Positions 41,406 to 52,796 of a stretch of DNA of 64,000 nt are shown piece by piece. The notes beneath the pieces are model-generated. The model saw only the letters and a list, made by a program, of their open reading frames with translations, was not told the origin of the DNA and did not search any database. Position numbers and translations under genes: made by a program. This DNA is from Ignisphaera sp. (GTDB lineage Archaea > Thermoproteota > Thermoprotei_A > Sulfolobales > Ignisphaeraceae), in contig JAWAHS010000007.1 in the NCBI GenBank assembly GCA_038889075.1, positions 11,387 through 75,386 on the forward strand, in the 5' to 3' direction. Every line of letters starts with the position of its first letter. Positions within the stretch are counted from its first letter, which is position 1.

Positions 41406-42215
41406 GTGTCTGAAAACATTCTCGAAATTAAAAATCTCACGAAAATCTATAGAATAGGTTTAATCCGTCAAAAAGAAATTTTAGCAGTAGATAAAGTTAG
41501 TTTTAATCTTAAAAAAGGTGAGATAATTTCACTTGTTGGAGAAAGTGGTTCTGGAAAAACAACCGTAGCTAAAATGATCCTGAGACTTTTAAAACCCTCA
41601 TCAGGATCCATAATATTTCAGGGAAAAGATATATGGAAAGATTTTAGAAATAAAGATGATTTGAGATGGTATTGGAGAAATGTTAATGGCATTTTTCAGG
41701 ATCCATATTCATCAATTAATCCCACCCATACCATTAGATATATGATGGTAAGAACATTTAAACTCTTTGATGAGCAACTTGACTATGATTCTAAGATAGA
41801 GAGAGTTAAAGAAGCTCTTAAGACGGTTGGGCTTATCCCTGAGGAAATTCTTGATAGAAGACCATTCGAACTCTCTGGCGGTATGAGACAGAGGATACTG
41901 ATAGCTAGGATATTTCTAATAAAACCTCAGCTTATAGTGGCTGATGAACCTACAAGCATGGTCGATGCTACACTAAGATTGGGACTACTTAAGCTGTTCT
42001 CCAAATTGAGGGATGAATTGCATACCTCAATAATATTTATAACCCATGACCTTGGTCTGGCTACATATATAAGCGATAGAATACTGATTATGTATAGGGG
42101 TACTATTGTTGAAGAGGGAACCCCTGGAGAGATATTAAATAATCCAATGCACTCCTATACAAAGAGATTGTTAGAGTCTGTACCTAAACTATATTCTACA
42201 TGGTTTTCTGGATAA
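41406..42215 (+). CDS. ABC ATPase DppF/OppF-like
   Basis: GESGSGKTT, LSGGMRQR and DEPTSMVD. Confidence 0.94.
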   Translation: MSENILEIKNLTKIYRIGLIRQKEILAVDKVSFNLKKGEIISLVGESGSGKTTVAKMILRLLKPSSGSIIFQGKDIWKDFRNKDDLRWYWRNVNGIFQDPYSSINPTHTIRYMMVRTFKLFDEQLDYDSKIERVKEALKTVGLIPEEILDRRPFELSGGMRQRILIARIFLIKPQLIVADEPTSMVDATLRLGLLKLFSKLRDELHTSIIFITHDLGLATYISDRILIMYRGTIVEEGTPGEILNNPMHSYTKRLLESVPKLYSTWFSG

Positions 42216-42330
42216 TTGGGTACTATTTTTATATAAAAATAATACCCAATCTAATATAATTCCAAAAAGATAATTATCATAAGGTTTAAAAATCAGCCAT
42301 TTACTATTCTATAAATTAGGTATAAGTGGG

Positions 42331-44538
42331 GTGTATGTAATGGTGGATATATACCCAAGGAATGCAAAGAAATTCACGACCCCACTAGTACTTCTGTTAG
42401 TAAGTGCGATGGTTGTTAGTTTCATACCAATACCAGTTGTATGGACACAAGTCCCAGAGCTTCCAAGGGAACAAACAGCCATAATTTCTCAATCGTGGGC
42501 TGTACCAAAGGGTTTCAATCCATTTCCAGCTGTGATCGCCTGGGGAGCGACATTCATGCAATATCCATACCTATTTGTATACAGTGTATATACAGATGAC
42601 TATGTTCCATACCTTGCTAATTCATTTAGGTGGGTTGATCCCTATACTATTGAAATAAAGCTTAAGCCCGATGCATATTGGTGGGATAAAAAGCCTATAA
42701 CAGCTGATGATGTGAAATTTACATTTGAGATACATAAAAACTGTACCACCACCTTAAGTTACCTCTGGATGTATTTAGAGCGTGTAGAAGCAGCTGATCC
42801 TATTACTGTTATTATACATCTTAATAAAACGTCTCTCAACTACTATAGAGCTATAGAGGTTCTACAATTTATGGTTGTACCGAGACATAGATGGGAGCCC
42901 CTAATTAAGCAAATGGGTTGTAAGGCTATTACTGAGTTCGAGGATAGGGAACCTAAGGAAATAATAGGTGGAGGTCCATATAGAGCGCTATTCCTAGCCG
43001 GAGATACATGGGCATATGAAAGAGTTGATGATTGGTGGGGTGTAAAATACTTTGGGCTTCCAGAGCCAAAATATGTTATGCATATAGTTCCGAAGAGCGA
43101 TGAACAGGTGAGAATGGAGTGGTTAGCAGGTAATAGAGACCATATGTCACACTTTGTAGACAGGTTATGGGAGATAATAAAGGCCGACCCTAGGTTTGGC
43201 ACCTTTGATAATGTAAACTGTCCCCCATGCTACTTCCGACATCAAGTTGCATTCTTCGTAATGAATATGAAGAGGAAACCCTTTGATGACATAAGGGTTA
43301 GAAAAGCAATATACTATGCTCTACTAGCAGACAATATGAAGGCAATAAAAATGGGTTCTGAGATGGGATTCTCAGGATATCTACTGGGTCCTGTACTATA
43401 TCCCGTACCTATAGTACCGGGTCACATAAGATCTGAGAAATATCTTGCAAGAGACCTTATGGACGCCTTTATGAAGGGGGCTACCATCGAAAATGCGAGA
43501 AGGTTGCTAGATGAAGCAGGTATTATTGATAGGAATGGCGATGGCATTAGAGAGCTTCCGGATGGTAGACCGTTCAAGTTCTCGATACTATGTGTAACTG
43601 GATGGGTACCAACCATAGGCTCTGCCCAGATATGGGCAGACTACCTCAGGGAGACCTTAGGCATAGATGTTACAGTTGTAACAAAGGACTATACTGTTGT
43701 GTTTAATGATGTAGTCGAAGGTAATTTTGATGCAGTTTGGTGGTTTATGAATAGTGCAATAACACCTGCATCACCATGGATAAACTTCGCCTCAACCATG
43801 GATCCAAGACTTCCACCAACCGTTGTTAGCGCAGCACGGGCACGCTATAATAATACTGCCGTAATTCCGATTCTAGAAGAAATTGCAAAAACATGGGAAG
43901 AATCGAGAAGAGTTGAACTATATAGAAAACTCCAGGAGATATGGTATCAAGATCTACCAATGCTAGCTCTGGGACAGGGTATTCACTGGTATGAGTATCA
44001 GGAGATTTACTGGGTTGGATGGCCAAATAAAGAAAGAATCGAAAAATATGGAGCGTTCTATGCAACAAACTGGGAACCAGGGTTTGTATTTGTATTATTC
44101 CAGATTAAACCAGCTACAAAAGCCAAACCTGATACAGATACCGTCCCAGAATTTCTAAAACCACACAACAGAATCCCTGCAATGAAATTCTTTGAAGATC
44201 TAGAAAAAATTGCATTAAAGCCTACACCTACACCGTCTCCAACACCAACACCATCTCCTACTCCAAGGCCAACCCCGACACCTACTCCATCTCCTACACC
44301 TACCCCGACTCCAACACCCACTCCTACACCTACTCCTGTGCCTGGTGCTGTAACAGTTACAGTTGTTAAGACAGAAACAGCAACAGTAACATCAACAGCA
44401 GTAGTAACATCTACAGCAGTATCAACAACAACAGCAACAAAAACAGAGACAGTAACAGAATGGACAACAACAACAGCACTAGCAATAGCACTACTAATAA
44501 TAGGAATAGCAATAGGATGGTTTATAAAAAGAAAATAG
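42331..44538 (+). CDS. ABC substrate-binding protein (family 5) with a PT linker and C-terminal membrane anchor
   Basis: Signal peptide, WWDKKPITADDVKFTF, DRNGDG, and a (PT)n/Thr-rich tail ending in TM plus KRK. Confidence 0.92.
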   Translation: MYVMVDIYPRNAKKFTTPLVLLLVSAMVVSFIPIPVVWTQVPELPREQTAIISQSWAVPKGFNPFPAVIAWGATFMQYPYLFVYSVYTDDYVPYLANSFRWVDPYTIEIKLKPDAYWWDKKPITADDVKFTFEIHKNCTTTLSYLWMYLERVEAADPITVIIHLNKTSLNYYRAIEVLQFMVVPRHRWEPLIKQMGCKAITEFEDREPKEIIGGGPYRALFLAGDTWAYERVDDWWGVKYFGLPEPKYVMHIVPKSDEQVRMEWLAGNRDHMSHFVDRLWEIIKADPRFGTFDNVNCPPCYFRHQVAFFVMNMKRKPFDDIRVRKAIYYALLADNMKAIKMGSEMGFSGYLLGPVLYPVPIVPGHIRSEKYLARDLMDAFMKGATIENARRLLDEAGIIDRNGDGIRELPDGRPFKFSILCVTGWVPTIGSAQIWADYLRETLGIDVTVVTKDYTVVFNDVVEGNFDAVWWFMNSAITPASPWINFASTMDPRLPPTVVSAARARYNNTAVIPILEEIAKTWEESRRVELYRKLQEIWYQDLPMLALGQGIHWYEYQEIYWVGWPNKERIEKYGAFYATNWEPGFVFVLFQIKPATKAKPDTDTVPEFLKPHNRIPAMKFFEDLEKIALKPTPTPSPTPTPSPTPRPTPTPTPSPTPTPTPTPTPTPTPVPGAVTVTVVKTETATVTSTAVVTSTAVSTTTATKTETVTEWTTTTALAIALLIIGIAIGWFIKRK

Positions 44539-44551
44539 AATAAAAAGAAAT
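44296..44551 (+). repeat. 256-bp direct repeat, copy 1 (SBP linker-anchor cassette)
   Basis: Identical to 54936..55191 except for one T/C change (44523 vs 55163). Confidence 0.95.
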
Positions 44552-44969
44552 ACACAACCATCAATAAATACAACAAACCATTTTTATTTTTTAAATGATT
44601 CTATTTGAATTATAATCTTCGGTATATCTCTTCCCCATACATTCATTCTACATCTTCCTATAACATAGTACTGTTCCATCTCTTGGAGCTATATACCATT
44701 GTAAATCGCTGTCGGTATTAGATATGCTATGTAGAGGATAGGGATGGGTTAGGTATTGGGATGCTTTAGAACTCCTAGATTAGATATACCTCCTCTAGAT
44801 ATATTGCTATGGAAGGTTCCGACATTTTCCTAGACTCACCATCGCTATACAGGTCCCTATTGGTTTAAGGTTTATGGTGGTGTTGAACCTATGATGCCTC
44901 CTATCCTAGAGCTCTACATGTAACACCAATCAATTATATGGTTTGTAAAAAGTAGAGTTTTACTCTACA

Positions 44970-47249
44970 TTAGTGCGTTTCGATATTTGTAAAGTACAGT
45001 CTTTTTTCATTAACAATGGCTGTTTCTCCAACTACTTTAAATCTCCCCTCGAGTAGTATTTCCTCTGAGTTTCTCCCTACCATAACTCTGTACTCCCCAG
45101 GCTCTATGACTAGCCTCATGTATCTATCGTAGAATGCTAGTGTTTCTATGGGTAGTGTAAATACTATTCTTTTTCTCTCTCCAGGTTTAAGGTATACTTT
45201 TTTGAATCCTTTCAACTCTTTTACTGGTCTCGTTACAGATGAATATTCTTTTGATATGTATAGCTGTACTGTTTCTTCGCCATCTACCTTGCCGATATTC
45301 TCCACATCTACACCTATCCTTACATATCCAAACTGTTTTACCTCCACTGGCTCTACTGTTAAGTTGCTGTATCTATACTCCGTATAGCTCAATCCGTATC
45401 CAAATGGGTACAGCGGCTTGGCAGAGTACTCAACATATTCTCTAAAGGACGATGGTTTTCTGGAGTAGTATACCGGTATCTGCCCAACATCGTATGGTAT
45501 TGAAACCGGTAGTCTTCCACTGGGGTTGTAGTCACCGAAGATTATATCGGCTATCGCATTTCCACCCTCCTCACCTGGGAACCACGCTTCTAGGACGGCA
45601 TTGACATATGGTAGAATAGATGCTATGGAGAGGGGCCTACCATTTATAAGTACAAGGATTATTGGCTTACCAGTTCTGTGCAGCTCTCTGATAAGCTCTT
45701 CCTGAACCCCGGGTAGTCTAAGTGATATTCTATCGACACCTTCACCAGAGGTGTACTGCGTTTCTTCAAATGTTTTTCCAAAGAATCTCGGACTTAAACC
45801 AGATTTTTCACCCATAACAGCTATAACGACATCCGCCTCTCTTGCAATCCTTAGAGCTTCGTCAAAGCCGCTCCTATCCTGGGAAGCGATATCACAACCC
45901 TTTGCGTAGACTACCTCTGTCTCTCTAGATACTCTACTCTTTATACCCTCTAAAACAGTCACCACCTTTACTGTAACTACATCTCCATCTCTGATTATAT
46001 GTGCATCGTAGTGGTAGTCTCCAAGCATATTCCTAGGGCTATCTGCATTAGGACCTACAACCGCTATTCTCCTCACATTCTTTGGTAGAGGCAGTATGCC
46101 GTCGTTTTTAAGAAGCACTATTGATTTTCTAGCAGCCTCTAGGGCAAGCTTTCTATAGCTTTCGTTATCTAGAGTCTCCGGAACCCTAGACTCATCAGTA
46201 AATGGATTGTCGAAGAGCCCAAGCATGTACTTTAGCTTTAGAACTCTCTCAACAGCTCTATCGATTAGGGATTCCGAAACAGTGCCTTCCTTAACAGCCT
46301 CAACCAACTCGTTAAAGCATATTACATCAGGGAAGTTCACATCAACACCAGCCTCTAGAGCAATTCTAAATGCCTCTATACAGTCTCTAGCAACTCTATG
46401 GATTGTACTGAGCTGCATAATTGCTCCATAGTCAGATACCACAATTCCTCTAAACCCCCATGTCTGTCTCAGAATATCGGTTAGAAGTTCTCTATTTGCA
46501 TGACAGGGAACCCCATCGATTTCATGGTATGCAGGCATGACGGAGAGGGCGCCGCCAACCCTTATAGCAACTTCGAATGGATAGAGATGCTGCTCCCTAA
46601 ACTCTCTAGCACCTAAATGAACCTGTGCAATATTTCTCCCTCCCTCTGAGAATCCGTGTCCAGCAAAGTGCTTTGTTGTAGCTACAACACCTCTTGAAAT
46701 ATCGCTTCCCTGAAGACCTGCAACATAGGCTAGCCCTATGGATGAGACGAGGTACTGATCCTCACCATATGTCTCCTCACATCTACCCCACCTAGGATCT
46801 CTGCAGAGGTCTAGAACTGGAGAGAGACAGTGCCTCGATCCTATAGATAGAACCTGCTCCCTAATAGCTAGAGCAACCCTGTAAACCAAATCAGGGTCCC
46901 ATGTAGATGCCAGTGCTATCGCCTGTGGAAAAGCTGTAGCTGTTGGAGCCATTAGGCCAGCTAGACACTCCTCATGAACTATAGCCGGTATACCAAGCCT
47001 AGTCTTCTCAACAAGAAACCTCTGAATTCTATTTATAGTCCTGGCAGCATCCCTAGGCCTAAGACCAACCCTAGAGCCACCAACCCTAGTAATCTCACCT
47101 ATACCATACCTCAGCAGATCCCTGGCCTTCTCCTCTGAAAACTCCTTTCCATCTAAAAGCCTATCCACCGGAATAGACTGTAGCTGTGCGATCTTCTCCT
47201 CGATACTCATTCTCCTCAGCAGCTCCCTCACCTTTAACTCAACAACCAA
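44970..47249 (-). CDS. GH3 beta-glucosidase/beta-xylosidase
   Basis: EEKIAQL, RDPRWGR, KHF, VSDY, VLLKN, YPFGYGLSYT and an Fn3 domain. Probable TTG start at 47249 (ORF open to 47294). Confidence 0.95.
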   Translation of the reverse strand: MVVELKVRELLRRMSIEEKIAQLQSIPVDRLLDGKEFSEEKARDLLRYGIGEITRVGGSRVGLRPRDAARTINRIQRFLVEKTRLGIPAIVHEECLAGLMAPTATAFPQAIALASTWDPDLVYRVALAIREQVLSIGSRHCLSPVLDLCRDPRWGRCEETYGEDQYLVSSIGLAYVAGLQGSDISRGVVATTKHFAGHGFSEGGRNIAQVHLGAREFREQHLYPFEVAIRVGGALSVMPAYHEIDGVPCHANRELLTDILRQTWGFRGIVVSDYGAIMQLSTIHRVARDCIEAFRIALEAGVDVNFPDVICFNELVEAVKEGTVSESLIDRAVERVLKLKYMLGLFDNPFTDESRVPETLDNESYRKLALEAARKSIVLLKNDGILPLPKNVRRIAVVGPNADSPRNMLGDYHYDAHIIRDGDVVTVKVVTVLEGIKSRVSRETEVVYAKGCDIASQDRSGFDEALRIAREADVVIAVMGEKSGLSPRFFGKTFEETQYTSGEGVDRISLRLPGVQEELIRELHRTGKPIILVLINGRPLSIASILPYVNAVLEAWFPGEEGGNAIADIIFGDYNPSGRLPVSIPYDVGQIPVYYSRKPSSFREYVEYSAKPLYPFGYGLSYTEYRYSNLTVEPVEVKQFGYVRIGVDVENIGKVDGEETVQLYISKEYSSVTRPVKELKGFKKVYLKPGERKRIVFTLPIETLAFYDRYMRLVIEPGEYRVMVGRNSEEILLEGRFKVVGETAIVNEKRLYFTNIETH

Positions 47250-47789
47250 CGGAGATCCCCATCTATACCAGGCTAAACCAAAAAATATAAGCATACATCA
47301 ATTATCCACATAGAAATCTCTTCCCAACCGCTAAAACACCTTTCATCAGCAGCATATAGTAGAGCAGGCCCAGCCTAAAAAGTAAGCTTCAGAGAACCCA
47401 CCACGACTAGAGGCTCTAGAAAACAGATACAGCATCTCGCTACAGCACTAGATCTCCCGCCCCACTACATATATATGCACCGAATTTCCAACCAACATAG
47501 TATTGGAGTAGCTAGAGAGATTTTAAAGTCCACTAAAAAGCCGTGTGTCTGGAGCCTGACACGCCACCTACAAGTAAAGCTAAACTCGCTAAAATAATAG
47601 AAAATCCATCCATAATCAGACTTCTTCTGTAGAGATGAAGTTTAGTTACACCTAGTCAGAGCCCCATAATATGATGGGGCATAGAACATTCGACGTTGGC
47701 TATAGGTGCTGGTGGTATCACACAATGGGTACACACACCCTCATTGAAGCTATTACATATAGAGTTAGCATAGGAGTCCTGTTTCGAGT

Positions 47790-48250
47790 AGTATTGAAAA
47801 GGGCTAAAGAAGTGGCATGTAGATGCAGTGTTCCAGAGGCTGTTGATAACTAGAAGACATTAATTTTAGGAGGGATGTAGATGCAGTTGTTATTGCTATA
47901 CCCAACTATATCCATAAGGTGATAGCTGTCAAAGCAATTAAGGCTGGTAAACACGCATTTCTTGAAATGCCTATTTGCGCTAGGTACAGAAGATGGCCTA
48001 GAAATAGTTAGGACTGAGGATAGCAATGTGAAGCTCATGGTTAGACGCTACCCTTAGATTTTGACCTGGGTATAAAGCAGTTGGAGATGCTATTATTTCT
48101 AATGCTATTGAAGAGCCGAGGATTGCCAGAGCCTATAAGCTTATACTCTTTTCAAAGCTAGGTACATCGGTATGGATTTAAAGAGCTTATCGGTAGTACT
48201 GTGATGGATCTTGTGATTCACGATCGTGATTTTCTTAGATGGACTTTTAA
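47790..48250 (+). pseudogene. Gfo/Idh/MocA oxidoreductase remnant
   Basis: DVDAVVIAIPNYIHKVIAVKAIKAGKHAFLEMP and MDLVIHDRDFLRW, broken by stops and frameshifts. Confidence 0.8.
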
Positions 48251-48450
48251 AGAAGTTGAGGTGGGTAGCTGAAAGAGCTAGAGGTGAGGGTATTGAGTAT
48301 ATCTATATAGGTAATGTGGGTGATCCACAGCTTGAATCAACAAAATGCCCAAGATACAACTACAGCATACTAATAAAAGGAAGATATATACCGTGGAAAA
48401 ATATGTTCAGAAGATCTGCATATGCTCTACTAGAAGTGATAGATGTCTAG
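48250..48450 (+). pseudogene. C-terminal fragment of an AmmeMemoRadiSam-type radical SAM gene
   Basis: AERARGEGIEYIYIGNVGDPQLESTKCP resembles that family's C-terminus. Confidence 0.6.
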
Positions 48451-48752
48451 CGAGAGGATAGGAATAGCCGTAGATGATATTAAGAATATCATTTATGTGA
48501 GAACAGTCTAGCACTGTATAATCATTAACGACATCACTATAAAGATATTAAAGCACTTTGCCACAGATGTTCTATACATTATGTATACAGATTCTTATAG
48601 TACAATTTTTCACTGATATGCTCAAACTGAAAACAGGAGGCTTAGCAGGTACCTTTTCCAGAATACCCCATTTGGCGAAGTCTTAAATTCTATATATAAA
48701 TTCCTGAATTAGGTAGTCGATAAAAAAATAGAAATCAATAAACTTTATTAAG

Positions 48753-49778
48753 TTGTATAATGTTAAAGCTATGTATGGGTCAAGTATGCACTGGATAGCT
48801 AAGAAAATACTTTTTGCTACTATTACATGGTTTCTGGCCATATCTATATCAATTATAGTTATTGTGTTAAGCCCTGGCGATCCTGCTAAAATGCTGCTTG
48901 CCTCCTTTCTACAACAGGGAATGCCATATGAACAGGCTGTGAGAATGGTTCAAGCCTACCTAGGTTTTTCACCGGAAGAGCCTTGGTGGAGTAAGTGGCT
49001 GCGTTACTTTCAAGGAGTGGTTACAGGGAATCTGGGGACATCGATTTCATACAGATTTTCTGTTACTCATGTAATAGCCAATGCTATACCTTGGTCTGCG
49101 TTTTTTGTGAGCTACTCTTTGAGCATTACCTTAATACTGGGCGTTCTAATGGGTCTCACAATGACTTACTACAGGGAGAGGGTCTTGTTTGTACGAAGTA
49201 TATCCTCAATTTTAACTATACTTAATAGTGTACCGAATTGGATCTTGGCTGCAGTATTTTTTGTATATCTTGGTGTGAGATGGAGGCTATTTCCATATAG
49301 TGGACCTTATTCTCCAGATATTCAGCCAGAACCTTCTCTACAATTTATACTAAGCGTATTACATCACTATACACTTCCAGTAATGGTAATGGTTCTAGCG
49401 TCTTTACCTGGCTGGGCTTTTGCCTTAAGTGCTATGGCTTCAGCTGTCATTAAAGAAGACTATGTAATAGCTGCCAAGGCACGTGGATTGAAAAGTGGAA
49501 GAATAATTACAGCATATATTGCTAAGAACTCTATACTTCCAATATATGCAAACATAGCTCTCACATTTGCATGGTTATTGGTCGGTACTGTATGGATTGA
49601 AACACAATTTAATTTACCAGGTTTAGGTTCCCTACTATCTGTCACTACGGGAGCGAGAGACTATCCTGTAATGATAGGTGTATACGTAATCATTATAACG
49701 GTTATAGTACTTGGAAATCTACTTACGGATATAACATATGGACTAATAGATCCTCGTGCTAGGGTGGGAGAAGCATGA
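48753..49778 (+). CDS. ABC permease DppB-like (sugar importer 2)
   Basis: PGDP, GNLGTS, EDYVIAAKARGL, RDYP and IDPR. Confidence 0.92.
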   Translation: MYNVKAMYGSSMHWIAKKILFATITWFLAISISIIVIVLSPGDPAKMLLASFLQQGMPYEQAVRMVQAYLGFSPEEPWWSKWLRYFQGVVTGNLGTSISYRFSVTHVIANAIPWSAFFVSYSLSITLILGVLMGLTMTYYRERVLFVRSISSILTILNSVPNWILAAVFFVYLGVRWRLFPYSGPYSPDIQPEPSLQFILSVLHHYTLPVMVMVLASLPGWAFALSAMASAVIKEDYVIAAKARGLKSGRIITAYIAKNSILPIYANIALTFAWLLVGTVWIETQFNLPGLGSLLSVTTGARDYPVMIGVYVIIITVIVLGNLLTDITYGLIDPRARVGEA

Positions 49779-50692
49779 GCTTAAGCACTACCCTATCAAT
49801 GCTTAGGCTGGTTTCTAGAATCTACACTAAGAGTCCATCTACGATATTCAGCTTAATAGTGATAACTCTATATACCGTGGGAGCTTTAGCGACCGTTTTA
49901 GGTCTTGTTCCCCCACTTCCTCCTGCCAAAGGAGGATGGGAATATATATACCAGCCTCCCTCCGCACGAGACTTCCCTTGGTACATATTAGGAACAGACT
50001 TTACTGGCAGGCCATTACTACTAGCAATAGTAAGAGGCATATCTACTACATTAGCAGTAGCGTTTCTATCTGCAGTAATAACAGTTACAATTGGTGTAGC
50101 ACTTGGCCTAATATCTGGATACCTAGGCGGAATAGTTGATGAAATATTTTCGATAATAATAAATGTTGCTTTAACTATACCAACATATCTTCTAGCATTA
50201 ATACTTGTCGCAACACTTCCAGCAGAGCTAAAAACTAACATACTTGTTTTAGCAGGAATACTTAGTATAACAGCTTGGGCTAGCCTTGCAAGAGCTGTAA
50301 GGGCACAAACGTTATCACTTAGAAAACGGGAGTTTATTGATGTTGCAAAAACTCTTGGATTTAGTGCATGGAAAATAATGTTTGACGAGATTTTAAGATT
50401 CATGGCACCATTCATAGCAATGAGTCTAACCCTCGCAATGTGTAATGCTGTCTATGGCTACACTGGGTTGGCATTTCTAGGATTAATGCCTATAAGTTCC
50501 GAAAACTGGGGTATCCAAATATATATGGCTATTAGGGCAGGAGGAGCCCTTTACTCAGATAGAGCGATACTTGCCTTATGGTCTCCAATAATAACAATAG
50601 TACTACTACAATATGCTCTTATAAATATAGCTAAAACCATGGAGGCCATCTTTAATCCTGCACTTAGGGTTAGCTACATCAAAGGTGAATAG
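49775..50692 (+). CDS. ABC permease DppC-like
   Basis: ILGTDFTGR and ARAVRAQTLSLRKREF. Confidence 0.92.
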   Translation: MSLSTTLSMLRLVSRIYTKSPSTIFSLIVITLYTVGALATVLGLVPPLPPAKGGWEYIYQPPSARDFPWYILGTDFTGRPLLLAIVRGISTTLAVAFLSAVITVTIGVALGLISGYLGGIVDEIFSIIINVALTIPTYLLALILVATLPAELKTNILVLAGILSITAWASLARAVRAQTLSLRKREFIDVAKTLGFSAWKIMFDEILRFMAPFIAMSLTLAMCNAVYGYTGLAFLGLMPISSENWGIQIYMAIRAGGALYSDRAILALWSPIITIVLLQYALINIAKTMEAIFNPALRVSYIKGE

Positions 50693-50695
50693 GGA

Positions 50696-51676
50696 GTGAA
50701 TACAATAAAACCATTGATAGAGGTTAGGAACCTCGGTGTCTCATATCTGAACATTAAAGTAATTTCAAATATAGATTTTACAGTATTTAAAGGTGAAGTT
50801 TTTGCACTTGTGGGTGAAAGTGGATGCGGAAAATCAACTGCGGCAAATGCAATTCTAAGAATATTACCTGAGATAGCCTCAATAGATCCTACATCCATTA
50901 TTACTTATCACAAAGATGATCTGAATTCTTTAAATTTACTTGCAATGGACGAACAAGTATTTTCAAGAGAAATTAGATGGAGAGAAATATCCATGGTTTT
51001 CCAAGGAGCCTTAAACTCGCTAAACCCGGTAATTAAGATTAGAGATCATTTTACTGAAACTGCAAGAGCTCATGGTATTAAGGATAGGAAATGGATTTTA
51101 GATAGAGCTAGAGAACTACTTGAAGCGGTTAAACTAGATCCTGATAGGGTATTGAATCTGTATCCCATTGAGATGAGCGGAGGTATGAAGCAGAGAACTT
51201 TAATTGCATTAGCTCTTCTTTTGAATCCAAAATTCGTTATTTTAGATGAACCGACAACAGCCCTTGATGTACTTATACAGCGTGAAATTATATCTCTTTT
51301 AAAAGATCTCAAAAATAAATTCAATTTAACATATATGCTAATAACACACGATATTGCACTAGTAGCTGATATAGCTGATCGTATTGCTATAATGTATGCA
51401 GGTAGGATTGTTGAAGAGGCAGATATTTATGACATATTCTACAAGCCCCTACACCCATATACACAAGGATTGTTAATGTCTGTACCAAAATTAGGTGAAT
51501 TCAAAGAAGAAATAGTGACTATACCTGGAATGCCACCAGACTACAGAAATCTACCTTCTGGATGCAAGTTTCATCCTAGATGCCCTTATGCTATGGATAT
51601 ATGTAGAAAAGAAGAACCACCAATAATAAAATTAGATAGAGAACGTAGAATTGCATGCTGGATTCATCTACGCTAA
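50696..51676 (+). CDS. ABC ATPase DppD-like
   Basis: GESGCGKST, MSGGMKQR and CKFHPRCPYAMDIC. Confidence 0.94.
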   Translation: MNTIKPLIEVRNLGVSYLNIKVISNIDFTVFKGEVFALVGESGCGKSTAANAILRILPEIASIDPTSIITYHKDDLNSLNLLAMDEQVFSREIRWREISMVFQGALNSLNPVIKIRDHFTETARAHGIKDRKWILDRARELLEAVKLDPDRVLNLYPIEMSGGMKQRTLIALALLLNPKFVILDEPTTALDVLIQREIISLLKDLKNKFNLTYMLITHDIALVADIADRIAIMYAGRIVEEADIYDIFYKPLHPYTQGLLMSVPKLGEFKEEIVTIPGMPPDYRNLPSGCKFHPRCPYAMDICRKEEPPIIKLDRERRIACWIHLR

Positions 51677-52673
51677 TAGTGAGGTGAAGATAGTGGATAA
51701 TAATGTTATAGAAGCTAAAAATATTAAAGTTGTGTTTAGTGTTAGAAAAGGATTGTTAAAAAGGATAAAATTTGCAGCAGTAGATAAGGTCAGTGTGTAT
51801 GTGCCAAGAGGTTCTGTTGTAGGTTTAATAGGTGAAAGTGGCTCTGGAAAAACAACATTAGGCAAAGTAACATTAGCGCTCATAAAGCCCACTAATGGAG
51901 AGGTGCTATTCCAAGGAAAGAATATTTTTAAGATGAGTGAAAAAGAATTTAGATATTATAGATTAAATGCTCAATATATTCCACAAGATCCCTACGCGAG
52001 TATACATCCTTTTAAGAAAATCGGAGATATATTAATTGATGTATTGAAATATCATAGGCTTGCAAACAGTTATAAAGAAGCCCTAGAAATAGTAAAAGAT
52101 GTTATGGGTAAAGCTGGACTAAATCCTCCTGAGAAATACTTAGATAAATATCCTTTCCAATTAAGTGGTGGTGAAAGACAGAGAGCCTCTATAGCAAGAG
52201 CCTTAATACTTAGACCAGCATATATAGTTGCAGACGAGCCTGTAACGATGTTAGATGCCTCTCTAAAAAGTAGTATTATAAAGACATTAAGAGATATGCT
52301 TTATGAAATACATTCGTCCCTTCTATTCATAACACACGAAATATCGCTTCTTCAATTTTTTGGACGAAATACTCTCATCAATGTAATGTACCTAGGAAAG
52401 ATTGTTGAATCTGGATGTATTAATGATATATTATCAGAGCCCTTGCATCCATATACTAAAGCATTGATAGCAGCTATTCCAATAGCAGATCCAAAAAGTA
52501 GAGAAACAAGGAAACTTATTCTAAAAGGTATTGCTCCTTCTCCATTAAATAGACCAGGTGGATGTGTGCTAAGCGATAGATGTCCTTATGCTATGGATAT
52601 ATGTAGAAAAGAAGAGCCTATACTTAAAGAAATAGAGTCGGGTCGTAGGGTCGCGTGTAACCTCTATGCATAG
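51651..52673 (+). CDS. ABC ATPase DppF-like
   Basis: GESGSGKTT and LSGGERQR. The true start is probably a few codons in. Confidence 0.93.
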   Translation: MHAGFIYANSEVKIVDNNVIEAKNIKVVFSVRKGLLKRIKFAAVDKVSVYVPRGSVVGLIGESGSGKTTLGKVTLALIKPTNGEVLFQGKNIFKMSEKEFRYYRLNAQYIPQDPYASIHPFKKIGDILIDVLKYHRLANSYKEALEIVKDVMGKAGLNPPEKYLDKYPFQLSGGERQRASIARALILRPAYIVADEPVTMLDASLKSSIIKTLRDMLYEIHSSLLFITHEISLLQFFGRNTLINVMYLGKIVESGCINDILSEPLHPYTKALIAAIPIADPKSRETRKLILKGIAPSPLNRPGGCVLSDRCPYAMDICRKEEPILKEIESGRRVACNLYA

Positions 52674-52796
52674 CATAGAATTTAGGAATTTAAAGTGTTT
52701 GGAACTGGTATGTAGTTGCTTACATCTATGTCAATTTATATCAATGTATTTCACGAAAATTTTTAAGTATATTAACTAAGACTGGAACAACTAGAG

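Noticed and set aside
44058-44576. Antisense ORFs with (GV)n repeats, also 54833..55165
   Set aside because: They are reverse-strand shadows of the (PT)n/Thr-rich SBP tails.
34200-52700. TTTAGGAAT-like words upstream of several sugar genes (about 35592, 38458, 48700, 52681)
   Set aside because: Short, AT-rich and inconsistently spaced. A PWM test is needed before calling an operator.
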